From positions 1-61,100 of IMG/VR virus record IMGVR_UViG_3300021962_000107: a stretch of 61,100 nt of DNA, one strand, 5' to 3'. Source of the DNA: a virus (taxonomy: Duplodnaviria; Caudoviricetes). The notes under the pieces were generated by a model that searched no databases, had not been told where the DNA came from, and worked only from the letters and a program-made list of their open reading frames with translations. The first letter of the stretch is position 1. Each line of letters begins with the position of its first letter. Positions 15,555-25,574 of the stretch are shown one piece after another. The position numbers and the translations under genes were made by a program.

Positions 15555-17495
15555 ATGTCATTTATTGACTCCAATGGATCTATAACAGACCCATACCGCA
15601 ACTTTATTCATATTTCAAGGTACGCTCGTTGGATTGAAAGCGAAAACCGTAGAGAAACCTGGCAGGAGACTGTTGATAGATACTGCAATTTCATGAAAGA
15701 TCATTTAGTATTAAATTATGGCTATAGCCCAAATGCAAAAATTTTTGATGAAGTTAGAGAAGCTATTCTAAAGCATCACATCATGCCTTCTATGAGGGCA
15801 CTGATGACCGCAGGACCTGCTTTAGAAAGAGATCATATTGCAGCATATAACTGTTCTTTTATTGCTGTAGACAGCCCTAGAGCCTTTGATGAGGCAATGT
15901 ACATTCTTATGAATGGAACTGGAGTTGGATTTAGTGTTGAGCAAAAGTATATTAACCAATTACCAGTAATTGCTGAGTCATTCTTTCAAACAAATACAAC
16001 TATTGTTGTTGATGATTCAAAACTTGGTTGGGCAAAAGCTTTCAAAGAATTAATTGCACTACTTTATCAAGGTCAAATTCCAAATTGGGATGTGTCTAAA
16101 GTTCGTCCATCAGGAGCAAGACTAAAGGTTTTTGGAGGAAGAGCTTCTGGACCAGACCCCCTTGTTGACTTATTTAAATTTACCATTGAAACATTTAAAC
16201 TTGCTGCAGGAAGAAAATTAAAGTCAATTGAGGCACATGACTTAATGTGTAAAGTAGGAGAAGTTGTTGTTGTTGGTGGTGTTCGCAGAAGTGCTTTAAT
16301 TTCACTTTCTAATCTTGATGATTTTGAAATGGCAAAGGCAAAGAGTGGTCAATGGTGGGAGGGAAATGGTCAAAGAGCTTTAGCTAATAACTCTGCTGTC
16401 TATAATTCAAAGCCAAATACTGCACAATTCCTTCGTGAATGGAGAAACTTGTACGAGTCAAAGTCAGGTGAGCGTGGCATCTATAATATGGATTCTGTTC
16501 GTAAGCATATTGATAAGTTTGGTCGTAGAGATTCTAGTCTAGTTGGTGGAACAAACCCCTGTGGAGAAATTCTTCTTCGTCCAAATGAATTTTGTAATCT
16601 TACAGAAGTTGTTATTGAAGCATCTGATACAAAAGAAACACTTCTTGAAAAAGTACGCCTTGCTACAATTCTTGGAACTTGGCAGTCAACTTTGACAAAC
16701 TTTAAGTACATCAGAAAGACCTGGAAAGACAACTGTGAAGAAGAAAGGCTTCTTGGAGTATCTTTGACAGGTATTTATGGAAATAAAATTACCGCTACAA
16801 ATGGAAAAGCTTTAGAAGCACTTCTTGATGAAATGAGAGATCTATCTGTTTCAGTAAATGATAAAGAGGCTAAATCTTTAAATATTAATCCTTCAGTATC
16901 AATTACTTGTGTAAAGCCTTCAGGAACGGTCTCACAGCTCACAGGAGTATCCTCTGGTATTCATCCATGGTATTCAGAATATTATGTAAGAAGTGTTAGA
17001 GCAGACAATAAAGACCCTCTTACACAGTTCCTAAAAGACTCTGGAATTCCATTTGAACCAGATGTTATGAAGCCAGAAGCTACAACAGTTTTCTACTTTC
17101 CAATTAAGGCTCCAAAGAATGCAGTTCTTACAAAAGATTTAAGTGCAATTGATCATCTTGAAATGTGGAAAACTTATAGAACTCATTGGACAGAGCATAA
17201 TCCAAGTGTTACTATTAATGTTGAAGAAGATGAGTGGATGCGTGTTGGTGCTTGGGTATTTGATAACTTTGATTCAATTGGTGGAGTATCATTTTTACCA
17301 GCAGTTGAGCATTCTTATAAACAGGCTCCATATCAAGAAATTTCTAAAGAAGAATACGAATCTTGGGTTAGCAAGATGCCTGACTCAATTCGTTGGGATA
17401 TGCTTTCTTTATATGAAACAACTGATGGAACAACTGGAAGCCAAGAGCTATCCTGCGTTGCAGGAGCATGTGAAATTGTAGACATTACAAGATAG
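15555..17495 (+). CDS. nrdJ: Class II (adenosylcobalamin-dependent) ribonucleotide reductase
   Basis: PSMRAL, YNCSF, GGVRRSALI, TNPCGEI, TCVKPSGTVSQL, C-terminal CVAGAC pair; 646 aa; no beta-subunit gene nearby. Confidence 0.92.
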   Translation: MSFIDSNGSITDPYRNFIHISRYARWIESENRRETWQETVDRYCNFMKDHLVLNYGYSPNAKIFDEVREAILKHHIMPSMRALMTAGPALERDHIAAYNCSFIAVDSPRAFDEAMYILMNGTGVGFSVEQKYINQLPVIAESFFQTNTTIVVDDSKLGWAKAFKELIALLYQGQIPNWDVSKVRPSGARLKVFGGRASGPDPLVDLFKFTIETFKLAAGRKLKSIEAHDLMCKVGEVVVVGGVRRSALISLSNLDDFEMAKAKSGQWWEGNGQRALANNSAVYNSKPNTAQFLREWRNLYESKSGERGIYNMDSVRKHIDKFGRRDSSLVGGTNPCGEILLRPNEFCNLTEVVIEASDTKETLLEKVRLATILGTWQSTLTNFKYIRKTWKDNCEEERLLGVSLTGIYGNKITATNGKALEALLDEMRDLSVSVNDKEAKSLNINPSVSITCVKPSGTVSQLTGVSSGIHPWYSEYYVRSVRADNKDPLTQFLKDSGIPFEPDVMKPEATTVFYFPIKAPKNAVLTKDLSAIDHLEMWKTYRTHWTEHNPSVTINVEEDEWMRVGAWVFDNFDSIGGVSFLPAVEHSYKQAPYQEISKEEYESWVSKMPDSIRWDMLSLYETTDGTTGSQELSCVAGACEIVDITR

Positions 17496-17501
17496 TCTCT
17501 A

Positions 17502-17510
17502 TGATAAAAT
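17502..17510 (+). promoter_or_regulatory. Extended -10 TGaTAAAAT
   Basis: Intergenic; followed by GAGG SD and ATG 17527. Confidence 0.55.
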
Positions 17511-17526
17511 AGACTAGAGGTAATCT

Positions 17527-20500
17527 ATGTCCTACACACGTTCAAATCTTTATGCTTCAAGAATATATGCTGAGCATCCTATTGCTTTGTGGGCTATGGA
17601 TGAGCCAAATTATTTTGTTTCTTTAATTTCTCAAGAAGAAAAAGGGATTACTACATCAAATTGGAATTTTCTTAACGCAACTAGTTCTTCTGCACCTTTT
17701 ACTTTATCAGGATATCCTTTTGATGACCTAAATGTAAACAAAATATATTTAACCTCAGCATCTAGTTCTCCAGTAGAATATATGGTATCTTTATCTTCTT
17801 CAATATCTTATCTAGAATTTGATGCAAATAAAGGAAGTGTTTCTATTTCTAGCTATGTTTATATACCAGAACAGACTCAAATTTTACATGCAGATATTGG
17901 ATTTATAGTTAATGGTGAAGAGTTATATACTAGACATTCTTACTTAAATTTTAATACTTGGGAAAATATATCTCACACAAGCACAACCTCTTCTAATGGA
18001 TTTACTCCTTTTATAAGAATAATTTTTGATCAAGACATAGCAGCAACTGAATCACAAAGCTCTTTATATTTTAATGGAGTATCTGTAGGACAGTGGTCAG
18101 AACCATATACGTCAGTAAGCACTGGAATCCCTTGGAATGAGCTGGCAACATTGTCAGGAAGCATATCCTCTTTAATAGATTTTAATGGCAGCATACAGTG
18201 TACAACTCTTGATTCTTATGGATATAACGAATCTGACAATGGATATGTACTCTCTCTGAACAATTCTTTACTTGCAGAGCTTAGTGGAACTCCAATGGTT
18301 TATGGTTCAAGTGGAAATATTAAACTTAACAAAAATGTTTTTCAAACAGGAACCTCATCTTCAGCTTATGCAGAGTATGTAACAAATACAGGATCAACTG
18401 TATATCTTACAGAGCAGCAATACAAAAAGTTTCCATCTTTAGTTTTTCCAGGTAAAGGATTTTTAAATCAATTTGGATATAACAAAACTTTAACCACAGA
18501 GTTCTGGCTAAGAATTAGTCCAGAGGAAACTTCTCAAACAAGAATTTTTGGACCTCTATCATCTGATGATGGCATATACATTGATAAAGACTTTATAAAA
18601 TTAAATGTTGGAAAGTATAGTAAGTCATACTTTATTGGAAAATGGTATAGACCAATGCTTGTGCATTTTTGTCAGAGTCCAAATGAAATATTCTTAATGA
18701 TTAATGGAGAAAAGGTTATATCAATTCCAATAGATTCTTTAAGCATTAGTACATTTACGCCAGCAGACGAAGACCTTTTAGGATTTTATACAGATGATAA
18801 AATTTACCTACACGAGATAGATTCGTTTTCGATATTTCCTTATGTTGTTGCAGAACAAGTTGCAAAGAAAAGATATGTTTTTGGTCAAGGAGTCCAGGAA
18901 CAAGAGAACATTGTTGGAGCACTTAATGGAAACCTTTCTTATGTAGATTTTCCATTTTCTGGATATAGCTCTACAATTAAATATCCAGATAGAACAAGAT
19001 GGGAAGATGGATTTTATAATAACATAGTTGCAAATAGTCAAGGTATTTCTTTACCAGAATATGAATTACCAGAAGTAATTTTTAACAACAATACCTCTTT
19101 GTCTAGTGTTGAAAAATCCTTAGTAAGCTCAGGATTCTATGAAGACAACTACTCTGTTCAAAATGAAGATTATCCTTTTATTGTAATGGATCCAACTGGA
19201 TACTATATAGGAAACGGATCTTATGGAACTATTTATTTTTCAAAATTAAACCAGACAAATTATCAAACAAGATCTATTCACTCTATATTAAAGTCTTCAG
19301 GAGATGTTTCAACTAGACAATCTTTACTTTATATAGCAAATAGTACACAAAATAATATTTTTGAGGTAGCAATTGAATCTGGAAGTATTAAATATCTTTA
19401 TAACGATGTTTTACTAGAATCTTCACCTATTTCAGCTAGTTCATATTTTGCAGTGGGCATTGACTTTAATAAAATTGAGCAATCCTACCACTCCACCATT
19501 GGATCATTCTTTTCAAGACCAGAAAGCTTATCTTTAAATTTTGCAGGAAATCAAGAAGATGTATTTTTAGGTAAAATATTTTCTTTAACAATCAATAATG
19601 ATTTCTTTACAGATAAAGATGGTAGTCAAATATTTAATTCTTCAGGGATAGCAATTAAAAACTTTAATAGCGAACTATATGACTATATTGGATCTTATAC
19701 ACTTGTTCCAAAGTCTTCAAATTCTGAGATTATTTTAGATGTTGCCGTATCTGGATACTGGGAAAACTCTATCCCACTGTCTTATTTTGGAAAGTATATA
19801 ACACAGTCTAATGGAGAACTAAAGTATGACCTAGATATTCTTCAGTTTAACATTGATACTCCAAGTTCTATATTCTCAAAGTTCAATCAAGAATCTTCAG
19901 ATTATCAAGAAACTTTATCTACAAAAGTTTTTGTAACACTTCAAAATATTATTGAAATTGGTCAAACAGTTTATACTCAGTTTACAAATACAGAGCTTGT
20001 TGGAATGAATAGGGTGCTAGATTTAGGATCAATAATTTCTTCAGATGATACAAAATATAAAATTAACGATGGGACTATAATCTATCCACCAAAAGACATT
20101 TCTGGGTTTATAAATTACTATATTACTTTACATATTGAAATTTCTTCTAGAGGAACAAGAACAGAAAATGTAAAAATTAAAAACATGTCTTTGTCCTCAC
20201 TATCTTTTGATGAAGGAGAGTTTTTCTCAATCAATACTCCTGCTATAGGAAAATTTTATCCAATAGTAAAAAATGAAGATCAGTATGTATATAAAAGAAA
20301 GATACCTGTAGTAATTGATACAGAATCTTCTCCATACTTATATTTGTCAGGAAATTCTGGAATAGAGGTATTGCCAGAAGTTGATGAAAACCTAGTAAAG
20401 GGTATTTCTGTTCCAATAAATCAAACTTTAAAATCTGATCAAACTATTGTTGGAATGCAAATGTTTTTGATGTATAACGAATCAAACTTATTTTTTGAAA

Positions 20501-21087
20501 GAAAAAAGATAGGAAAGATATTTAACTCAGATATATCTTTTGATATTGTTCTAGTTCCTGAAGAAGATGGAAAAAGAGCTTTCTTTAAAATATTTAATAC
20601 ACAAACTGGTCAGCAGCTAAAAAACACCAAATTCTTTTTAAATGGAGTATTAGTGAGTCAGGTAGTTATACAGCCACTATCTTGGAACTATATAGTTATG
20701 TCATTTGAAATAGAGCCAGGAGAAACTCAACATCCAATCTACCTTAATGGATCTATTGGTCAAATAGAAATTTATTCAGGAGTAAAGGTTGATAATGTTG
20801 CAAGTTTTGCAAAACTGGATGTTCTTGAGCAACCCTTAGTTGTATATGATAGATGGAATGATGTTGATGATTTTAATTGGCAATATTGGTCAGCTTCATC
20901 TTCCTGGCTTAGAGCATTAAATGAAAACCCACTTGGCGTTACTATTCTTTCTTTAGATGGTCAAGAAATATTTAATACATATTCTGGTCTTTCTTCAGGT
21001 ATTGGAAACGATGATAGCATAGTTAATGTTACTTTTGACTCTGTTGTTATATTAAATGACGCAGACTGGGACACTTATTTGGTTTAA
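17527..21087 (+). CDS. Large minor virion/tail protein with a LamG-like segment
   Basis: 1186 aa, Ser/aromatic/beta-rich; HPIALWAMDE and TLTTEFWLRI...RIFGP...LMINGE patterns. Confidence 0.55.
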   Translation: MSYTRSNLYASRIYAEHPIALWAMDEPNYFVSLISQEEKGITTSNWNFLNATSSSAPFTLSGYPFDDLNVNKIYLTSASSSPVEYMVSLSSSISYLEFDANKGSVSISSYVYIPEQTQILHADIGFIVNGEELYTRHSYLNFNTWENISHTSTTSSNGFTPFIRIIFDQDIAATESQSSLYFNGVSVGQWSEPYTSVSTGIPWNELATLSGSISSLIDFNGSIQCTTLDSYGYNESDNGYVLSLNNSLLAELSGTPMVYGSSGNIKLNKNVFQTGTSSSAYAEYVTNTGSTVYLTEQQYKKFPSLVFPGKGFLNQFGYNKTLTTEFWLRISPEETSQTRIFGPLSSDDGIYIDKDFIKLNVGKYSKSYFIGKWYRPMLVHFCQSPNEIFLMINGEKVISIPIDSLSISTFTPADEDLLGFYTDDKIYLHEIDSFSIFPYVVAEQVAKKRYVFGQGVQEQENIVGALNGNLSYVDFPFSGYSSTIKYPDRTRWEDGFYNNIVANSQGISLPEYELPEVIFNNNTSLSSVEKSLVSSGFYEDNYSVQNEDYPFIVMDPTGYYIGNGSYGTIYFSKLNQTNYQTRSIHSILKSSGDVSTRQSLLYIANSTQNNIFEVAIESGSIKYLYNDVLLESSPISASSYFAVGIDFNKIEQSYHSTIGSFFSRPESLSLNFAGNQEDVFLGKIFSLTINNDFFTDKDGSQIFNSSGIAIKNFNSELYDYIGSYTLVPKSSNSEIILDVAVSGYWENSIPLSYFGKYITQSNGELKYDLDILQFNIDTPSSIFSKFNQESSDYQETLSTKVFVTLQNIIEIGQTVYTQFTNTELVGMNRVLDLGSIISSDDTKYKINDGTIIYPPKDISGFINYYITLHIEISSRGTRTENVKIKNMSLSSLSFDEGEFFSINTPAIGKFYPIVKNEDQYVYKRKIPVVIDTESSPYLYLSGNSGIEVLPEVDENLVKGISVPINQTLKSDQTIVGMQMFLMYNESNLFFERKKIGKIFNSDISFDIVLVPEEDGKRAFFKIFNTQTGQQLKNTKFFLNGVLVSQVVIQPLSWNYIVMSFEIEPGETQHPIYLNGSIGQIEIYSGVKVDNVASFAKLDVLEQPLVVYDRWNDVDDFNWQYWSASSSWLRALNENPLGVTILSLDGQEIFNTYSGLSSGIGNDDSIVNVTFDSVVILNDADWDTYLV

Positions 21088-21098
21088 GTGATAATTTA

Positions 21099-21107
21099 TG
21101 GTACAAT
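21099..21107 (+). promoter_or_regulatory. Extended -10 TGgTACAAT 6 nt upstream of ATG 21114 (leaderless)
   Basis: TGgTACAATgatgtcATG. Confidence 0.6.
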
Positions 21108-21113
21108 GATGTC

Positions 21114-21485
21114 ATGGATTATATAGAAGGCTTACAAAAAATGCCAAACAAGCCAAAAGTAAAGGTAGTAGAGAATACTTCTGAATATGGTTTATATGTT
21201 TGGAAAATGGAAACTGGTAAAATATTTGGTGATGGAAATGGAAGTTTTATGAACATTCCTGCCAGAAAATATGATATTGGTGCGATTAATAGAATTACAC
21301 AGGCTGCAGCCCACTACGGTGCTGGTCCTGGAAAGGCAGTATTTATGCCAGGAGTAACAAGAGTTACAGAAGAAGAAAACTCTGTTCAGATTGATAGAAT
21401 GAAGCAGGGATATATTCCAGATGAATTTGATACTGGAGCTTTCATAGATGCTGCAAAGGGGCTGAAAAAGCATGGAGATGACTGA
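21114..21485 (+). CDS. Hypothetical protein upstream of the portal
   Basis: Intact ORF overlapping the portal start. Confidence 0.65.
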   Translation: MDYIEGLQKMPNKPKVKVVENTSEYGLYVWKMETGKIFGDGNGSFMNIPARKYDIGAINRITQAAAHYGAGPGKAVFMPGVTRVTEEENSVQIDRMKQGYIPDEFDTGAFIDAAKGLKKHGDD

Positions 21486-23028
21486 AACTATTGCAAGACT
21501 AGATAACTTAGATAAGAATAAGCCTTCTGCAAATAAAAGTGATGATTTCTTACTTGAAGCAGATATAGTAAAAAGCTTCGATGGAATTGATGCAAACTTT
21601 AAAAGAAGAATAACTAGAATGAGCAAAGCTTACACTGGTCAAGATGGTGCTAAGTCAAAGCAGTTATTTCCAGAACAAGACATTACAACAGCCTACGGTC
21701 TTTTTGACGTAGTTCTTCCACCTTACAACCTTGATGAACTTGCATTCTTCTTTGATAACTCCTTTGCAAACCATGCTGCAATTAATGCCAAGGTTGCAAA
21801 TACAGTAGGTCTTGGATATAACTTTATTATGTCTGATATTGTTAAAGCAAGAATTGAAGAGATTGAAGATGTTAATCAAAGAGTTAGAGCACAAAGAAAA
21901 GTTGAAAGGGCAAAGAGTGAGCTAACTGCTTGGTTAGAAGAATTGAACGATGAAGATACTTTTACCCATGTTCTTGAAAAAGCTATGACAGATTACGAAG
22001 CAACTGGAAATGGCTATATTGAAATTGGTAGAAAAAATACTGGAGAGATTGGTTACATTGGTCATATTCCAGCAACGACTGTTCGTGTAAGAAGACTTCG
22101 TGATGGGTATATTCAAATTGTAAATCAAAGAGTAGTCTATTTTAAAAACTTCCAAGATAAGAAAACAGTAAATCCTGTTACTACAGATCCAAGACCAAAC
22201 GAATTGATTCATATTAAAAAGTACAGTCCAAAGAATACCTATTATGGTGTTCCAGATGTAGTGTCTGCAGCAACTTCTGTTGTTGGAGATCAACTTGCTG
22301 CAAGATACAATATTGATTACTTTGAAAACAAGGCTGTGCCAAGATACATTGTTACTCTAAAAGGTGCAAAGCTTTCCTCTGATGCAGAAGATAAGTTATT
22401 TAGATTCCTACAGTCTGGTCTTCGTGGACAAAATCATAGAACTCTTTATATCCCACTTCCTGGTGATGCTGCAGATAACAAGGTTGAGTTTAAGATGGAG
22501 CCAGTTGAAAATGGTATTCAGGAAGGATCGTTTGATAAGTATAGAACTTCAAATGTTCACGACATCCTTATGGCTCATCAAGTTCCTATTTCTAAAGTTG
22601 GATCAGATCCTGGTAGCTCAATTGCCTCTGCTCTTGTTTCAGACAGAACATTCAAAGAGCAGGTTGCAAGACCATCACAAAAGAATTTGGAAAAAACAAT
22701 TAATAAGCTTATTAAGGAAAAGACAGATATTCTGTTACTAAAGTTTAATGAGCTAACTCTTACAGATGAAAACACTCAGAGTCAGATTGATGAAAGATAT
22801 CTAAGAGCACAAGTTGTTGTTCCAAATGATATTAGACCAAGATTAGGATTACCAGTAATTCCGCAAGGAGATACTCCAGTAGTTATGACCCCTCAACAAC
22901 GTGCAGAGCAAAATGCTCAAATGGCTGGAACAAGACAAAGAGATCAACAAAGAACCAACGAAGCATCTGATTCAACTTCTACCACAACAGGAAGAAATCC
23001 TGGTGGAGAAGGAAGATCAGTGTTATAA
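21472..23028 (+). CDS. Portal protein
   Basis: DYEATGNGYIE, IGHIPATTVR, NELIHIK..SP...YYGVP, YFENKAVP, ILMAHQVP; first gene of the head module. Confidence 0.9.
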   Translation: MEMTETIARLDNLDKNKPSANKSDDFLLEADIVKSFDGIDANFKRRITRMSKAYTGQDGAKSKQLFPEQDITTAYGLFDVVLPPYNLDELAFFFDNSFANHAAINAKVANTVGLGYNFIMSDIVKARIEEIEDVNQRVRAQRKVERAKSELTAWLEELNDEDTFTHVLEKAMTDYEATGNGYIEIGRKNTGEIGYIGHIPATTVRVRRLRDGYIQIVNQRVVYFKNFQDKKTVNPVTTDPRPNELIHIKKYSPKNTYYGVPDVVSAATSVVGDQLAARYNIDYFENKAVPRYIVTLKGAKLSSDAEDKLFRFLQSGLRGQNHRTLYIPLPGDAADNKVEFKMEPVENGIQEGSFDKYRTSNVHDILMAHQVPISKVGSDPGSSIASALVSDRTFKEQVARPSQKNLEKTINKLIKEKTDILLLKFNELTLTDENTQSQIDERYLRAQVVVPNDIRPRLGLPVIPQGDTPVVMTPQQRAEQNAQMAGTRQRDQQRTNEASDSTSTTTGRNPGGEGRSVL

Positions 23029-23076
23029 TATAACAATATTATAAACATATAAAAATACATATATAATAGGAATAAG

Positions 23077-24474
23077 ATGTCTGCTTTAAACAAGGCTTAT
23101 TGGACTTCGGACAACGATGATATCAAGTTGTCTATGCCAATCGCCAAAATAGATGAAGAGCGTAGAACCGTTTCTGGGTTTGCTACGCTTGATAATATTG
23201 ATAAGCAAGCTGATATTGTTCCTACAGATGTCAGCATTAAAGCTTTTGAAACGTTTCGTGGAAATTTAAGAGAGATGCATCAGCCTATTGCAGTTGGCAA
23301 GGTAGTAAATTTTAGACAAGAAAAGTTTTTTGACAAAAGCACAGACAAGATTTATAATGGTGTTTATGTAGATGCATATATTTCTAAAGGTGCACAAGAT
23401 ACTTGGGAAAAAGTTCTTGATGGAACTTTAACAGGATTTTCAATTGGTGGAGTAATCAAGGAAGCAGAAAATTCCTGGGATGAAAATGTTGAAAAGACAA
23501 TTAGAATTGTAAAAGATTATGAACTTCATGAACTATCTTTGGTAGATAATCCAGCAAATCAATTTGCAAATGTTGTGTCTATTCAGAAGATTAACAAAGA
23601 TGATCAAATAGATGGTATAATTACAAAAGCAGATATTGAAAATGTCTACTGGTGTGAGAATGACGGTCTTGTCAGACTCTCAGAAGTTGAAGATTCAAGC
23701 TGCCCTTCATGTGAAGTTAGCATGAAGAATATTGGTTTCGTAGAGACAAAGGATACAGAAAAGGCTATGATGGTTAAATCACTTTTAAACAAGTTCATTG
23801 GTTCTTCAGACTTGTCAAAATCTAATGATGTTTCCGAAACCCCAGAGACTTCAGGCGAAACGTCTGAAACAGCGATTGACAATAATGCGTCAATTGTAAA
23901 AAACAATATAGAGGAGGAGAACAACGTGTCAGAAGAAAATACAGTAGTAGAAGAGACCGTTGAAGAAGTTGCAACTGAAGAAGTTGTTGCTGAAACTCCT
24001 GCCGAAGAAACCGTAGAAAAGTCAGTTGACGCAGTTGACGCTGTTGAGGAAACAGTAGTTAAGTCTGCTGATCCAGAAGAAGCACCTGCAGAAGATGTTG
24101 CAGACGAAGATGCTTCCGATGACGTTGAAGTTGAAAAGTCTGTTGCTGAAGCTAGTGCAACTGATTCTGAGCTTGTAAAAGCTGTTGACGAAATTAAGGT
24201 TTCAGTAACAGAGGCAGTGAGTGAACTTGTTTCAACAATTAAGTCACTAAATGAAGAGATTGCAGACCTTAAGAAAGGTCACGCCACAGTAGCAGAAGAA
24301 GTTGCTGGAGTAAGAGGCAGTCTTGAAGAGTTTGGAAAGCGTGTAGATGGTCTAGAAGACGAAACCGCTGTCCGCAAGTCTGGCGATCTTGGCGGGATCG
24401 TTCAGGGAACAAAAATACAAAAAGGGTCTATGTGGGGTGGACGTTTCCTAAATTCCGCTGACCTATATCATTAA
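23077..24474 (+). CDS. HK97-type prohead protease fused to a scaffold region
   Basis: VSGFA, GNLREMHQ, GFSIGG, ELSLVDNPAN; then a Cys motif, an acidic linker and a coiled-coil C-terminus. Confidence 0.88.
   Translation: MSALNKAYWTSDNDDIKLSMPIAKIDEERRTVSGFATLDNIDKQADIVPTDVSIKAFETFRGNLREMHQPIAVGKVVNFRQEKFFDKSTDKIYNGVYVDAYISKGAQDTWEKVLDGTLTGFSIGGVIKEAENSWDENVEKTIRIVKDYELHELSLVDNPANQFANVVSIQKINKDDQIDGIITKADIENVYWCENDGLVRLSEVEDSSCPSCEVSMKNIGFVETKDTEKAMMVKSLLNKFIGSSDLSKSNDVSETPETSGETSETAIDNNASIVKNNIEEENNVSEENTVVEETVEEVATEEVVAETPAEETVEKSVDAVDAVEETVVKSADPEEAPAEDVADEDASDDVEVEKSVAEASATDSELVKAVDEIKVSVTEAVSELVSTIKSLNEEIADLKKGHATVAEEVAGVRGSLEEFGKRVDGLEDETAVRKSGDLGGIVQGTKIQKGSMWGGRFLNSADLYH
23613..23621 (+). 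promoter_or_regulatory. Intragenic extended -10 TGgTATAAT
   Basis: Exact match to the motif at 10739; lies just after the protease domain. Confidence 0.45.
23926..24474 (+). CDS. Probable nested in-frame scaffold protein
   Basis: GAGGAGG SD at 23911-23917, then an in-frame GTG at 23926. Confidence 0.5.
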   Translation: MSEENTVVEETVEEVATEEVVAETPAEETVEKSVDAVDAVEETVVKSADPEEAPAEDVADEDASDDVEVEKSVAEASATDSELVKAVDEIKVSVTEAVSELVSTIKSLNEEIADLKKGHATVAEEVAGVRGSLEEFGKRVDGLEDETAVRKSGDLGGIVQGTKIQKGSMWGGRFLNSADLYH

Positions 24475-24498
24475 GAGAAACTGGAGGTGAAATAAAAA

Positions 24499-25494
24499 AT
24501 GACAGAAAACAATGAAATTTTAGAAAAGGCTGCTGCTGCTGGAACAATTGCGTCTGGTGGCATTGGTGGAGTATCTACTCCAGCAGCTGGAATTCTTGAC
24601 AATACTAACCCAGTTGGTGATCTAGTGTCTGATGGCGGTATTTTGCAGCCTGAACAGTCACGTCAGTTTATTGAGTATATCTTTGAACAGCAGGTACTAG
24701 CACAAGATGGTCGTAGAGTCACGATGAGAGCTAACACAACTGAGCTTGAAAAGATGAATGTTGGAGAGCGTGTAATCCGTGCAGCAGCCCAGGCTGATGC
24801 AACCTACACAAATGCTGACGTTCAGTTTACCAAGGTATCACTAACCACCAAGAAGATTCGTCTTGACTGGGAAGTATCTAGCGAAGCTCTTGAAGATAAT
24901 ATCGAAGGTGCAGGTCTTGAGGATCACTTGGTCCGTACAATGACCCGTGCATTTGCAAACGATCTTGAAGATCTAGCTATCAATGGTACAGGAACTGGTA
25001 CAAACAGCTTCCTTAACATCCTTGAAGGCTTCGTTTCAATCGAAGCTGATGGTAACTCAGCAGCATATGGTACAACTATTGAAGACTTGCAGGGACTTGT
25101 TCTTGCAATGCCTCGTAAGTACCGTGGCTCTCGTTCGAACATGAAGTTCTATGCAGATACCGAAACCGTTGCTTCAATTATCAATGGTCTTGGTTCTTCA
25201 GGTAACTTGAATTCAGAGCGTATTGTTGAGCGTGTAATTGATGGAGCTGCTCCGCAGACCCTTGGTTCACCAATTCAGTACCGTGTTCTAGGTCTTCCAT
25301 TAGTTGAAGTTCCTTTGATGCCAGCTGGTTATGTATCACTTACATTCCCAGAAAACCGCATTTGGGGCTTCCAGAGAGACGTAACAGTACACCGTGAATT
25401 CAAGCCAAAGAAGGACACTGTAGAATATACAGTATTCCTACGCTTTGGTGTTGCAATCGAAGAAACCGATGCAGTAGCATTCATGCAAGACTAA
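24499..25494 (+). CDS. Major capsid protein (HK97 fold)
   Basis: GGAGGTG SD; GGILQPEQSRQFI, SEALEDNIEG, FANDLEDLAING, RVLGLPLVEVP; follows protease/scaffold. Confidence 0.92.
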   Translation: MTENNEILEKAAAAGTIASGGIGGVSTPAAGILDNTNPVGDLVSDGGILQPEQSRQFIEYIFEQQVLAQDGRRVTMRANTTELEKMNVGERVIRAAAQADATYTNADVQFTKVSLTTKKIRLDWEVSSEALEDNIEGAGLEDHLVRTMTRAFANDLEDLAINGTGTGTNSFLNILEGFVSIEADGNSAAYGTTIEDLQGLVLAMPRKYRGSRSNMKFYADTETVASIINGLGSSGNLNSERIVERVIDGAAPQTLGSPIQYRVLGLPLVEVPLMPAGYVSLTFPENRIWGFQRDVTVHREFKPKKDTVEYTVFLRFGVAIEETDAVAFMQD

Positions 25495-25508
25495 TTATAG
25501 TCAGTATT

Positions 25509-25538
25509 GGAGGGGAGGCATTAATTTGTCTCCCCTTC
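25509..25538 (+). terminator. Stem-loop after the capsid gene
   Basis: GGAGGGGAGGCA-TTAATT-TGTCTCCCCTTC; 12 bp with 2 G.U pairs; weak U-tract. Confidence 0.75.
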
Positions 25539-25551
25539 ATCTATTTATGAA

Positions 25552-25560
25552 TGATATAAT
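25552..25560 (+). promoter_or_regulatory. Extended -10 TGaTATAAT
   Basis: Immediately after the stem-loop. Confidence 0.6.
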
Positions 25561-25574
25561 AATATAGATGTATT

